Of a stretch of DNA of 64,000 nt, positions 10,296 through 19,916 are shown piece by piece; position 1 is the stretch's first letter; every line of letters begins with the position of its first letter. Both the position numbers and the translations under genes were made by a program. The notes beneath the pieces were generated by a model. The model saw only the letters and a program-made list of their open reading frames with translations, was not told the DNA's origin and searched no databases. The stretch comes from Candidatus Daviesbacteria bacterium (lineage in GTDB: Bacteria > Patescibacteriota > Microgenomatia > Daviesbacterales > UBA10151): positions 71,497-135,496 of the forward strand of contig JACOXD010000010.1 in assembly GCA_016176465.1 (NCBI GenBank), written 5' to 3'.

Positions 10296-10305
10296 AAAAA
10301 CAAGT

Positions 10306-11313
10306 ATGTTAAACGATAAAGCTAATTTAAATCCTAAATTATTTGATGAAGATATTGAGCAGATCCCTTCTAGAAATGGTTTTGGGGAAGGATTAGTTTT
10401 AGCTGCAGAGGCTGATAAAAATGTAGTGGGTCTTTGTGCAGACTTAACTGAAAGTACTAGAATGGAAGCGTTTGCAAAAAAGTTTCCTGAGAGGTTTTTT
10501 GAAATTGGGGTGGCTGAACAAAATTTAGCAACAGTTGCTGCAGGAGTAGCTTTAGGTGGAAAAATTCCTTTTATTTCCTCCTATGCCATGTTTTCACCTG
10601 GTCGAAACTGGGAGCAAATTAGAACAACAATTTGCTATAACGATGTGCCTGTTAAAATTATTGGGTCTCACGCTGGGATTTCAGTTGGGCCTGATGGGGC
10701 AACTCATCAAGCCCTAGAGGATATAGCTATTATGAGAGCGCTACCTAATATGGTAGTAATCTCTCCTGCTGATAGTATTGAGGCTAAAAAAGCCACCCAA
10801 GCAATGGCTCATCATGCTAGTCCATGTTATATGAGGCTTTCTAGAGAAAAAGTACCTGTTGTGACTACTGAGCAAACCCCATTTGAGATAGGTAAGGCTG
10901 AAATATTCTGGGAAGGGTCGGACCCTAAGCCTGGGGTAACTGTTATTGCTACGGGTCAGATGGTATATAGAGCACTACAAGCTGCTAAAGAATTAGAAAG
11001 CCACAAAATTAGTGTTCGAGTAATTAATTATCACACAATCAAACCTTTGGACAAAAAAACCATCTTGGCTGCTGCAGAAGAAACAGGAGCTATTGTTACT
11101 GTAGAGGAACATCAAATTCACGGAGGTTTGGGAGCAGCAATTGCAGAAGTTGTATCTCAAAATTACCCAGTGCCTATGAAAATAATAGGAGTGGAGGATA
11201 GATTTGGGGAATCAGGTGAGCCAAATGAATTATTAGAAGAATTTGGGTTAACTAAAGAGACAATAATTAAAGCTGTGACTTCTGTGATTAGAATGAAAGA
11301 AAAGCATCTTTGA
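10306..11313 (+). CDS. tktB: Transketolase, C-terminal subunit
   Basis: ADL..ST, GVAEQN, DGATHQ and VEEH...GGLG motifs. Confidence 0.95.
   Translation: MLNDKANLNPKLFDEDIEQIPSRNGFGEGLVLAAEADKNVVGLCADLTESTRMEAFAKKFPERFFEIGVAEQNLATVAAGVALGGKIPFISSYAMFSPGRNWEQIRTTICYNDVPVKIIGSHAGISVGPDGATHQALEDIAIMRALPNMVVISPADSIEAKKATQAMAHHASPCYMRLSREKVPVVTTEQTPFEIGKAEIFWEGSDPKPGVTVIATGQMVYRALQAAKELESHKISVRVINYHTIKPLDKKTILAAAEETGAIVTVEEHQIHGGLGAAIAEVVSQNYPVPMKIIGVEDRFGESGEPNELLEEFGLTKETIIKAVTSVIRMKEKHL
10914..10926. repeat. RAYT1-type palindrome AGGGTCGGACCCT inside the transketolase CDS
   Basis: Exact match to the palindromes flanking 14531-15157; read as GSDP. Confidence 0.8.
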
Positions 11314-11349
11314 GTTGACATTATATTTTAGGCGATTTAAAGTGGATTT

Positions 11350-12018
11350 ATGGATGAGCCTAGAAGTGTTGGTTGGAAAAAAACAACAACTATTGTTTTA
11401 ATTGTTTTTTGCTTCTCCTTACTATATTCGTTTATTCGTTATAATTTGGTTAGAAATGTACCCTTAGATAATTTGCCACTCTTTATTAGTAATAAATCTG
11501 TAGCCTTATCTGCAACAATTTTGATTGGGCTTTCTTTTTTACTCGGTCCATTGGCAAGATTTTGGCCAAAGACTTTTAGTCCACATCTATATTTGCGAAA
11601 ACACCTTGGTGTTATAGGTTTTGCTATAGCAGCTTTACATGTTGTAATGTCACTAGTGTTACTTAACCCAGCCTATTATTCAAAATTGTATGCAGAAGGT
11701 GGAAAACTCAATTTAAATGGGGAAGCCTCAATACTATTTGGCATTTTATCTTTTCTGATATTTTCAGCAATTTCTATTACCTCGCTTCCTCCTATTGAGA
11801 AACATATGCTCCCAGGGCAGTGGAAATTTGTTCAAAGAATAGGTTATTTAGCATACTTGTTTGTATTATTACACGTTACAATTATGGGTTATCAAGGATG
11901 GTTTAGAGCAGATAGCTGGCAGTATGGCCTAGCTTCAATCAGCCTTATTTCAGCCATATTTGTTTTGTTTGTTTTAATAATGAGATTTCTTGTGATTGCC
12001 TTTTCTCTAAGAAAATAA
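11350..12018 (+). CDS. Ferric-reductase-like transmembrane protein (MsrQ/STEAP-like)
   Basis: Six TM segments; RKHLG, LH and W..VQR.GY.....LH heme-ligand pattern. Confidence 0.75.
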   Translation: MDEPRSVGWKKTTTIVLIVFCFSLLYSFIRYNLVRNVPLDNLPLFISNKSVALSATILIGLSFLLGPLARFWPKTFSPHLYLRKHLGVIGFAIAALHVVMSLVLLNPAYYSKLYAEGGKLNLNGEASILFGILSFLIFSAISITSLPPIEKHMLPGQWKFVQRIGYLAYLFVLLHVTIMGYQGWFRADSWQYGLASISLISAIFVLFVLIMRFLVIAFSLRK

Positions 12019-12054
12019 TACTTTTTATTGGATACTTAACTTGTTATCATAAAA

Positions 12055-12726
12055 TTGGTGGATAATAAATTTAAGATTCTTGTTTTATTTTATTCTTTCA
12101 CAGGCCATACTGCCAAGTTAGCAGAGTATGTTGCTTTAGGTGCCAGAGATATTGATGGGGCTCAAGTTAGCGTAAAACGGGTCCCTGAACTTTTACCTAA
12201 AGATTTTTTTGAAAAAAATCCTGATTTAGCCAAGGCGAGACAATCTTTTACTCATATTCCTGTTGCTAGTATAGAAGATTTAACCTCAGCTGATGGGGTA
12301 GCCTTTGGTACACCTGTTCATTTTGGCAGTTTTGCCTCGCAAATAAAGCAGTTTATAGATCAACTCTCGCCTATATTTATAAAAGGAACCATGGCGGGCA
12401 AACCAGCGTCAATTTTTGTCAGTGCAGGAAGTGTTCATGGTGGGGAAGAGGCAGCTTTAATTTCTTTAATGATCCCTCTTCTTAATTTAGGAATGATACC
12501 CATTGGCGTACCTTATCCAATACAAGGCGAAGGTCCTGAGTTTGATTCTGGAAGTCCTTATGGAGCAATTTATGTTTCAGGGCATAAAGGAGAAAAAGAG
12601 TTAACCGAAGGAGATATTAAGATAGCTCAAATTTTAGGCAAGCGCCTATCAGCAATGGCTAAAATAATTAAATTTGGTTGTGCAACTTTTCCAGAATGTC
12701 AATTTTTATCCAAAGATTATAACTAG
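12055..12726 (+). CDS. wrbA: NAD(P)H:quinone oxidoreductase, WrbA family
   Basis: YS.TGHT..LA, FGTP..FG, HGG.E and GSPYGA motifs. Confidence 0.9.
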   Translation: MVDNKFKILVLFYSFTGHTAKLAEYVALGARDIDGAQVSVKRVPELLPKDFFEKNPDLAKARQSFTHIPVASIEDLTSADGVAFGTPVHFGSFASQIKQFIDQLSPIFIKGTMAGKPASIFVSAGSVHGGEEAALISLMIPLLNLGMIPIGVPYPIQGEGPEFDSGSPYGAIYVSGHKGEKELTEGDIKIAQILGKRLSAMAKIIKFGCATFPECQFLSKDYN

Positions 12727-12972
12727 AAATGGGTTGTAGCGGGGTATGTGCTGCTATCAGTCAGGCAGTAGAAGTAATTTTTTATTTAATATTTTACCTA
12801 GTTACCTTGTTTTTTAATCTGATAATCTTAACAATTGATTGGGTAATATATAAAATAACCAAACAAAAATTTTATTAATCTCTATCCTTTTGCAAAGATA
12901 AATTCCTTCTTGACAAAACTTATAGCTTTGATCTAAGTAATACCTAAGAAAAATTAGAGAGGGGGTGAGAAT

Positions 12973-13506
12973 ATGGAACAAAATAAGTGGTTATGGGTTC
13001 TGGGGGCATTAATCATTGGTTTAGTAGTTGGCTATTTTGTCAGAGGAGGTAGCTCTGTTAGCCCAACTATCCAAACACCTCAGGCTTCGCCAGTAGCACA
13101 AGTTGAAGACAAACCTCATCAAGGTTTTATCCTTCACATTGATGCTGAAAAACATTTCCCGGCTGATGAGAAAAAAATAGCTCATCACTTTTGTAAGCAG
13201 GTTAAAGGCGGAATGTTTGAGTGTCAGCTTTATGATAGTGACGAGAAAGATGCTAGGCTGGTAGGTGTAGAGACTGTAGTTGATACCAAAACCTGGCAAG
13301 GGTTTGATGTTAATGAACAAAGTTTGTGGCATTATCACAAAGAAGAGATTCCTAAAATTAATGCTAAACTACCTGATCTATCACCAGATGAAGCAGCTAA
13401 GGTGGTTGAAACTTTAAATGAGACGTATGGCAAAGTTTATTTGCTTTGGGATCCAGCCAAATCTGATCTACCAGTAGGCCAACCAAGCATTACTTTAATA
13501 GAGTAG
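12973..13506 (+). CDS. DUF1264/OBAP-family protein with an N-terminal TM anchor
   Basis: HHFC...CQLYDS...ARLVGVE...WHYH...YGK pattern; SD GGGGGTG upstream. Confidence 0.75.
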   Translation: MEQNKWLWVLGALIIGLVVGYFVRGGSSVSPTIQTPQASPVAQVEDKPHQGFILHIDAEKHFPADEKKIAHHFCKQVKGGMFECQLYDSDEKDARLVGVETVVDTKTWQGFDVNEQSLWHYHKEEIPKINAKLPDLSPDEAAKVVETLNETYGKVYLLWDPAKSDLPVGQPSITLIE

Positions 13507-13558
13507 CTGTCACTAGCCTGCCCTAGTGAAGCTTCTAATCTGTTAAACTAATAAAAGT

Positions 13559-14512
13559 ATGATGTTTGATCTAATTTCCATTGGGGACTGTGTGATTGAT
13601 ACTTTTATTCCTTTACTTGATGCTAAAGTTGGTATAAATCCTGAGGATAATGAAAGAAAATTGATGTTAAGGTTTGGAGATAAAGTTCCTGTTGGTCCTT
13701 TTGTATCCATGGTAGCAGGTAATGCTGCTAATAATGCAGTTGGTTCAGTAAGGCTTAAGTTAAAAACTGCAATCTATACCCATGTGGGAAATGCTGGTGA
13801 TGACGAGAATGATCAACGTATTATTGCTAAATTTAAAAAAGAAAAAGTGGATATTAGATACGTTGTAGATAGCTCACAACTACCATCCAACCATCATATT
13901 GTTTTAACCTTTGAAGGGGAGAGGACTATTTTAATCTATCATCAGCCTTGGAAATATAATTTACCTGATTTAGATCAATCCAGATGGGTGTATTTTACCT
14001 CTCTAGCACCTAATTTTATTGAAACAAATTTAGTTGAGCAGATGGTAAATTATTTGGAGCGTACCCATGCTAAGCTGTTATATAATCCCGGGACTTTCCA
14101 AATTAAACATGGAGTAAAAAAATTTCCTAGGCTACTTAGCTTAACTGAGCTTTTTATAGTTAATAAAGAAGAGGCCAAATTAATTTTGAACCATAAAGAG
14201 GGAGAGAGTATCCCTATAAAAAAATTACTCAAAGGGATTGTAGATTTGGGGCCTAAGATGGTAGTTATAACAGATGGGGGAGAAGGATCATATGGATTTG
14301 ATGGGGATAAATATTATAAATTAGATATCTTTCCAGCAAAATTAGTTGAAATGACAGGTTCAGGAGATGCATTTGCAACTGGAACTTTGGCTGGTTTGTC
14401 TCATGGTGAAGATCTACCTAATGCTATAAGGTGGGGTGCAGCAAATGGGGCATCAGTTGTTGAACAAGTAGGTCCTCAGGCAGGACTATTAACATATAAT
14501 CAGTACCTGTAG
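13559..14512 (+). CDS. PfkB-family carbohydrate kinase
   Basis: GNAAN.A.G, N..EA, TDG..G and TG.GDAF motifs; stop codon overlaps the RAYT1 palindrome. Confidence 0.9.
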   Translation: MMFDLISIGDCVIDTFIPLLDAKVGINPEDNERKLMLRFGDKVPVGPFVSMVAGNAANNAVGSVRLKLKTAIYTHVGNAGDDENDQRIIAKFKKEKVDIRYVVDSSQLPSNHHIVLTFEGERTILIYHQPWKYNLPDLDQSRWVYFTSLAPNFIETNLVEQMVNYLERTHAKLLYNPGTFQIKHGVKKFPRLLSLTELFIVNKEEAKLILNHKEGESIPIKKLLKGIVDLGPKMVVITDGGEGSYGFDGDKYYKLDIFPAKLVEMTGSGDAFATGTLAGLSHGEDLPNAIRWGAANGASVVEQVGPQAGLLTYNQYL

Positions 14513-15179
14513 GGTCGGACCCTCATTCACTCATTCAAGAGTGAGAGCTTCTAAGATATCGCCAGGACTTTCATTATAATCTTCAACAAAACTTTGATAA
14601 GATAAACAATCTTTGAGGCTAGTTTTTTGAGCGGTTTTAAAGAAATCCAGAATTTCAGCTGATTTGAGCCAAGGTGCATTTCTTGAACCAAGGTAATAGT
14701 TATAACTTGAATAATTATAGGTTTTAGGGTCGGACCCTGGATAATAAGGATTAAGATGGATGTAACGAGAAAGGTGTAGCAAGTAGATATCATCCATAAT
14801 AATAGCAGCTTTATATTTACCTTGGAATAAAGTTCCAACTCTGTTATATTTTCTATTAAAATACATCACATATGTTGTGCACACTGCACGCATTAACTTG
14901 GTTATTCCAGTTTGAGTATTTTGTTTGGTTAAAAGATGAAAATGGTTTGGCATAAGACAAAAAGCTATTAAATCAACTTCATTTGCCAAACTCTTAGGGT
15001 CCGACCCTAAAGTTGGATCAAGATACTTTTTAAGGTAGTTTATAAATACAAGATAATCTTGCTCGTCAATAAAAATATTCCTCTTTTCTACTCCACGGTT
15101 GTAAAGATGGTAATAACCATTCTCAATAAATTGTTTAACTGAATTTTTAGCTGGCATAGTCTTAAAAGGGTCGGACCCT
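14511..15179 (-). mobile_element. RAYT1 cassette bounded by AGGGTC(G/C)GACCCT palindromes
   Basis: Palindromes at 14511-14523 and 15167-15179 flank the gene; two more lie inside it (14726-14738, 14996-15008). Confidence 0.8.
14531..15157 (-). CDS. REP-associated tyrosine transposase (RAYT, Y1/HUH)
   Basis: YHLYNRG, CLMPNHFHLL (HUH), G.LFQG and YIHLNP (catalytic Tyr). Confidence 0.92.
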   Translation of the reverse strand: MPAKNSVKQFIENGYYHLYNRGVEKRNIFIDEQDYLVFINYLKKYLDPTLGSDPKSLANEVDLIAFCLMPNHFHLLTKQNTQTGITKLMRAVCTTYVMYFNRKYNRVGTLFQGKYKAAIIMDDIYLLHLSRYIHLNPYYPGSDPKTYNYSSYNYYLGSRNAPWLKSAEILDFFKTAQKTSLKDCLSYQSFVEDYNESPGDILEALTLE

Positions 15180-15222
15180 ATATATACCTATATATACTAT
15201 ATGGTTATGATATCATGAAGCT

Positions 15223-16086
15223 ATGAGTCTCAATAAATTTAAAGAGCATGGAAAATTTTTAATGTTAGCTCTTGATCATAGAGGTAGTTTTAAAAAATTA
15301 ATGAATCCAAAAGACCCTGATGAAGTAGCAGATCAAGAAGTTATAGATTTAAAAAAAGAAATTATAGAAAGTTTACAGGATCAATTTAGTGGATTATTAA
15401 TAGATGTTGAGGATGGGTTGCCTGCCTATACTAATAAGCAAAGCTTCTCTTCGAGTAAGCAAAGCTTCTCTTCGAGTAAATCCAAACCTTTTTTGCTTCC
15501 TTTGGAAAAATCAGGATATAAAGAGGAAGAAGGAGAGAGGATTACTGAATTACAAAGAACCGTTGCAGAACTTTTAAGTCTAGGAGCTGATGGAGGAAAA
15601 TTATTACTCTATTTTAATCCGAGTCTAAAAAGTGCTCAAAAGCAATTAGAAATAGCAAAGAAAGCCCTAGATGATGCAAATGCCCATGGTTTTACCTTTT
15701 TTTTAGAGCCTGTTACTTATACAAAAGATGGAAAAACCCATACTCAAGATAAAGAATTAGTTTTAGGTACTGTAAAAACTTTGAAAGAAGCGGGGGTAAA
15801 ACCTGATGTTTTTAAAATAGAATATCCTGGAAATATTGATGGGTGCATGGAAGTTACTAAAATATTAGGAGATACTCCTTGGATACTACTTGCTTACCCT
15901 GATTCTTTTGAGAAATTTAAAACCCATCTTGATAGTGCAATTAAAGGTGGTGCGCAAGGATTTTTAGCAGGTAGAGCAATTTGGCAAGAAGCTTGTACCT
16001 TAAAGGGCAAAGAAAAAGAAAAATTTCTAAAAGAAACCATGCCTGAAAGATTTAGACAGATTGTAGAAATTACCAAAAAACATTAA
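15223..16086 (+). CDS. Class I aldolase, tagatose-1,6-bisphosphate (LacD)-like
   Basis: LALDHRGS, KLLLYF, LEP, D..K.E.P and GFLAGRAIW motifs; carries a KQSFSSS x2 insert. Confidence 0.85.
   Translation: MSLNKFKEHGKFLMLALDHRGSFKKLMNPKDPDEVADQEVIDLKKEIIESLQDQFSGLLIDVEDGLPAYTNKQSFSSSKQSFSSSKSKPFLLPLEKSGYKEEEGERITELQRTVAELLSLGADGGKLLLYFNPSLKSAQKQLEIAKKALDDANAHGFTFFLEPVTYTKDGKTHTQDKELVLGTVKTLKEAGVKPDVFKIEYPGNIDGCMEVTKILGDTPWILLAYPDSFEKFKTHLDSAIKGGAQGFLAGRAIWQEACTLKGKEKEKFLKETMPERFRQIVEITKKH
15435..15479 (+). repeat. In-frame 21-bp tandem repeat x2 (TAAGCAAAGCTTCTCTTCGAG) plus TAA
   Basis: Read directly; encodes KQSFSSS twice. Confidence 0.95.
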
Positions 16087-16123
16087 TATAAGTTAAGTCA
16101 CCCTCTTCACTATAAAATAAAAG

Positions 16124-17086
16124 ATGAAAGTTGTTGTTACCAGAAAAATCCCTGGAAATGGAATCAAAATGCTTCAAGAGGGCGGGTTTGAAGTAGTGGT
16201 TTCTCCTCAAAATAGGCCTCTGGAGCGGCAAGAGTTACTAAATTTTATTCAAGGAGCAAATGGAGTATTAACTCAACTGCAGGATAAAGTAAACGACGAA
16301 TTTATTAATTCAGCAGGCCCGCAATTAAAGATAGTTGCTAATTTTGCAGTAGGTTTTGATAACTTTGACCTCCCCAGCCTTTCGTCGCACAATATTGTTG
16401 CTACTAATACCCCAGATGTCTTAACTGAGGCAGTGGCAGAACATACCTTCGCGCTCATTTTAAGTATAGTTAGAAGGGTAGTGGAAGCTTATAAAATTGC
16501 TTTAACTCAATCTTTCACCTTTGGCCCAGAAGTTTTATTGGGGATGGAGCTAAAAGGGAAAACCTTAGGGGTTTTGGGGTTGGGAAGAATTGGTGGAAGG
16601 GTTGCAGAGATAGGAAAAGCTTTGGGAATGAATGTTATTTATAGTGATCCTAAGGCAAACGTCGAGTTTGAACAAAAAATAGGTGCAAGTTTTAAAGCTA
16701 CTCCTGAGGAGGTATTAAAAGAAGCAGATGTAGTATCTATTCACGTTCCCCTATTAGATTCTACCAAACATTTAATAAATACAGAAAAATTAAAGATAAT
16801 GAAACCCACTGCTTATCTGGTGAATACTTCCCGGGGTCTGGTTGTAGATGAGGCAGCGTTGGTTGAAGCCTTGAAGAATAAAACTATAGCTGGGGCAGCC
16901 CTAGATGTGTTTGAAAATGAACCCTACCTCTCCCCTGGCTTAGAGTTACTGGATAATGTTGTTTTAACTCCTCATATAGCCTCAGCAACCATTGAAGCCC
17001 GTTCAGCCATGGGAGAATTAGCTGCAAAAAATATTATTGCTGTTTTATCTAACCAGCCGCCACTAACTCCTGTAAAGGCTAAATAA
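16124..17086 (+). CDS. D-isomer 2-hydroxyacid dehydrogenase (D-glycerate dehydrogenase / glyoxylate reductase)
   Basis: AVGFDN, NTPDVLT, GLGRIG, NTSRG, LDVFE.EP and PHIAS motifs. Confidence 0.92.
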   Translation: MKVVVTRKIPGNGIKMLQEGGFEVVVSPQNRPLERQELLNFIQGANGVLTQLQDKVNDEFINSAGPQLKIVANFAVGFDNFDLPSLSSHNIVATNTPDVLTEAVAEHTFALILSIVRRVVEAYKIALTQSFTFGPEVLLGMELKGKTLGVLGLGRIGGRVAEIGKALGMNVIYSDPKANVEFEQKIGASFKATPEEVLKEADVVSIHVPLLDSTKHLINTEKLKIMKPTAYLVNTSRGLVVDEAALVEALKNKTIAGAALDVFENEPYLSPGLELLDNVVLTPHIASATIEARSAMGELAAKNIIAVLSNQPPLTPVKAK

Positions 17087-17116
17087 GTTGCATTGGGTCT
17101 TATCAACTAGGGAATT

Positions 17117-17250
17117 AGTTCGTCACGGCTGAAAAAACCGTTCGCCCTTCCACGCGGCTCACTTGAAGTTTGTTTCGCACCAAGCTAAAAATAATCATCA
17201 AGTTTAACCAAGCGAAACGCACTACATTTTTTCTAGCTCGTGACTTCACT
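17117..17250. ncRNA. Candidate structured RNA or MITE, copy B (partial third 3' end at ~17262-17288)
   Basis: Terminal stem GTCACGGCTGAAAAAA...TTTTTTCTAGCTCGTGAC; homologous to 8911-9051. Confidence 0.55.
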
Positions 17251-17316
17251 ACTTCCCAAAAACATTTTATTATTGCTTGTGATTTCGCGCACAAAATGCC
17301 TGTGATATTAGGGCTG

Positions 17317-17612
17317 ATGGTAAAAAAAGCGACTTTGCTATTTTTAATTAGAGAAAACAAAATACTTTTAGCTATTAAAAAAAGAGGTTTTGCAATGGGT
17401 AAATGGAATTATGTAATAAATGGGAAGGTAAGCCTAGTGAAACTCAGGAGATGAAACCTAAGTGGTTTAATAGAGATAAAATTCCTTATAAGAAGATGTG
17501 GGAGGATGATTCTTACTGGCTGCCGGAAGTTTTAAAAGGAAGAAAGATTAAAGGAAGTTTTATATATACAAATGACGAGCAAATTATAACCTACTCCATA
17601 GCTGATTTTTAG
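17317..17612 (+). pseudogene. MutT/MTH1-like NUDIX hydrolase with internal deletion and frameshift
   Basis: MVKKATLLFL...KKRGF..GKWN in one frame and WEGKPSETQEMKPKWF...MWEDD..WLP in another; no Nudix box between them. Confidence 0.8.
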
Positions 17613-17635
17613 CATTCCTATGGTATATTAAATAT

Positions 17636-18628
17636 ATGGATTCTGCCCTTTTTGATGTTGCAATAATTGGCGGTGGGCCAGCGGCATGTGCAGCCGCTGT
17701 CTATGCAGCCAGGAAAAATTTAAAAACAATCCTCATTACCGAAAGCTTTGGTGGACAATCTATCGTTTCCGATAATATCCAAAACTGGATTGGTGAAGCC
17801 CATATTTCAGGTATGGATCTGGCAAAGAAATTAGAGGCTCATATAAGATCCTATCCTGAAGTTATCGAGATTAGAGAAGGGGAGAAAGTTACATCCGTTA
17901 AAGCTATTGATTGTGATACTAAATTAAGAGTTTGTGATTTTGAGGTTACAACCGATAAAGGTTTTTATAAATCTAAAACTATAATTATTGCATCTGGTGC
18001 CAGAAGGAGAGAACTTGGGGTGCCGGGTGAGGAAAAATACAAGGGTAAGGGAGTAGCTTATTGTTCAACTTGTGATGCTCCCCTATTTAAGGGTAAAAAA
18101 GTAGCAGTAATTGGAGGAGGAAATGCTGGGTTAGAAGCAGCCCAAGACTTGCTCCAATATGCGAATGAAGTATATATTTTGGACTTTGGGGATACAATTA
18201 AAGGTGATCCTAAAACTCTGGAAGAGATTAAAAAGGATCCTAAATTAAAAGAGATTATTTTAAACGCTGCAACAAGTGAAGTTTTAGGGACAGATTTGGT
18301 TAGTGGACTAAAGTATAAGAACAGAAAAAGCAATGAGGAAAAAACTTTGGAAGTGGGAGGGATATTTGTAGAAATAGGTTCAACACCCAATTCGGAAATT
18401 GTTAAAGATTTAGTGCAACTTGATGAACACAATCAAATTATGGTCAATTTTCAGCACGCTAGAACTTCCCATCCAGGGGTATTTGCAGCTGGGGATGTAA
18501 CAAATGATCCTTATAAGCAAAACAATATTTCTGCTGGTGATGGCGTAAGAGCAGCTTTAGCTGCCTATGATTATCTTTTAGCCAGGCAAAAAATCTCACC
18601 AGCTGCTGAAGAGCCCCAAAATTTATGA
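17636..18628 (+). CDS. trxB: Thioredoxin reductase / AhpF-like flavoprotein
   Basis: GGGPA, YCSTCD (CxxC), GGGN and FAAGD motifs. Confidence 0.9.
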   Translation: MDSALFDVAIIGGGPAACAAAVYAARKNLKTILITESFGGQSIVSDNIQNWIGEAHISGMDLAKKLEAHIRSYPEVIEIREGEKVTSVKAIDCDTKLRVCDFEVTTDKGFYKSKTIIIASGARRRELGVPGEEKYKGKGVAYCSTCDAPLFKGKKVAVIGGGNAGLEAAQDLLQYANEVYILDFGDTIKGDPKTLEEIKKDPKLKEIILNAATSEVLGTDLVSGLKYKNRKSNEEKTLEVGGIFVEIGSTPNSEIVKDLVQLDEHNQIMVNFQHARTSHPGVFAAGDVTNDPYKQNNISAGDGVRAALAAYDYLLARQKISPAAEEPQNL

Positions 18629-19182
18629 ATTTTTGGGATAAGTGGAAATTTAAATATCTTACAGTTGTATTAATTAGTGTGTTAATTGCAATCATTCTGG
18701 CGGAAAATGAAACATTTAAGAATTTTTTGCATAACCTAGGGTCTCTTGAATATGTTGGTGCATTATCCGCAGGGTTATTATTTGTTTCTACTTTTACATT
18801 TGCAATTTCTACCGTAATAATTGTACTTTTATCACAAGACATACATCCTTTAGCTATTGCTTTAATTGGGGGAGTAGGGGCTGTTTTAGGAGATTTATTA
18901 ATTTTTAAACTTATTAAAGATAAATTAGGTCACGAATTAGCTTTACTTATCGGAAAAGAAGAAACCCACCATATTAAAGCCTTGCTTAAATCGAGATATG
19001 TCTCTTGGACTTTACCTTTAATTGGAGCTTTTATAATTGCTTCCCCTTTACCAGATGAATTAGGGATTAGCTTGTTAGGACTTACCAAAATATCTGATAC
19101 CAAATTTATTTTAATTTCCTACCTCTCTAATTCCTTTGGTATACTGACAATAGCATCGGTCGTCAGAGTATTGCAAATATGA
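18625..19182 (+). CDS. Hypothetical membrane protein
   Basis: About five TM segments; SPLPDELG motif. Confidence 0.7.
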   Translation: MNFWDKWKFKYLTVVLISVLIAIILAENETFKNFLHNLGSLEYVGALSAGLLFVSTFTFAISTVIIVLLSQDIHPLAIALIGGVGAVLGDLLIFKLIKDKLGHELALLIGKEETHHIKALLKSRYVSWTLPLIGAFIIASPLPDELGISLLGLTKISDTKFILISYLSNSFGILTIASVVRVLQI

Positions 19183-19733
19183 AACATCCAATCCAACTTG
19201 CCCGCTCCGAACTGGTAAATATTAGTCTAATAGAATTAATAAAATTGAGATTGCCCTGGCTGATCATTGGACTTTTAGGAGGATTAGTGGCAAGTTTGAT
19301 TGTCAGCAAGTACGAGTTATCTCTTCGAGAAAATATAGCTTTGGTATTTTTTATTCCAGTAATAGCTTATATGTCAGATGCTATAGGTACTCAAACAGAA
19401 ACCATATTTATCAGAGCTCTAACAGATCTAAAATTTAACATACTTACCTATATTTTAAGGGAGTTTGTTGTAGGATCAGTTTTAGGTTCAGTGGTTGGAG
19501 CTGCGGCTGCAATTGGAGCCTTTTTTCTTTCTTCATCAGTAGATGTAAGTTACGTTGTGGGAATATCAATATTTCTTTCAATGAGTGCAGCTACGATACT
19601 CGCCTGTCTGGTGCCAATTATTTTAAGATATTTTAAGAAGGATCCAGCAGTAGCTTCAGGACCCTTTACTACTGCTTTGCAGGATATAGTGAGTATAACA
19701 ATTTATTTAGGAGTGGCAAACTCTCTACTTTAG
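19179..19733 (+). CDS. MgtE-type Mg2+ transporter, membrane domain only
   Basis: RLPWL, FIP, GTQ and DPAVASGPF.T...D motifs. Confidence 0.88.
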   Translation: MKHPIQLARSELVNISLIELIKLRLPWLIIGLLGGLVASLIVSKYELSLRENIALVFFIPVIAYMSDAIGTQTETIFIRALTDLKFNILTYILREFVVGSVLGSVVGAAAAIGAFFLSSSVDVSYVVGISIFLSMSAATILACLVPIILRYFKKDPAVASGPFTTALQDIVSITIYLGVANSLL

Positions 19734-19916
19734 CTTTAACAAAACTCGCAAACATTTTTAGCATCTCCTGGAGTTTTGCAGCAGGTGCTACAACAGTATA
19801 TTTTTCCCTGGTGAGTAAACTGTTGTCCTGGCTTAATCGTTTTACCACACCTTGCACATGTATGGGGTTTTGTATCTGTTGCCATTTATAAAATATAAAA
19901 AAGCAAAGCAGATCTG

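Noticed and set aside
10052-10303. 83-aa minus-strand ORF
   Set aside because: Made entirely of palindromic repeats, with no protein motif.
14531-15157. IS200/IS605 elements with TnpB
   Set aside because: No tnpB next to any of the three Y1 genes; their length and the NP/WSS-type C-terminal motifs fit RAYTs.
17115-17454. ORFs 17115-17360 (-) and the 5' part of 17170-17454 (+)
   Set aside because: They cross the structured element; only the part from ATG 17317 is NUDIX-like.
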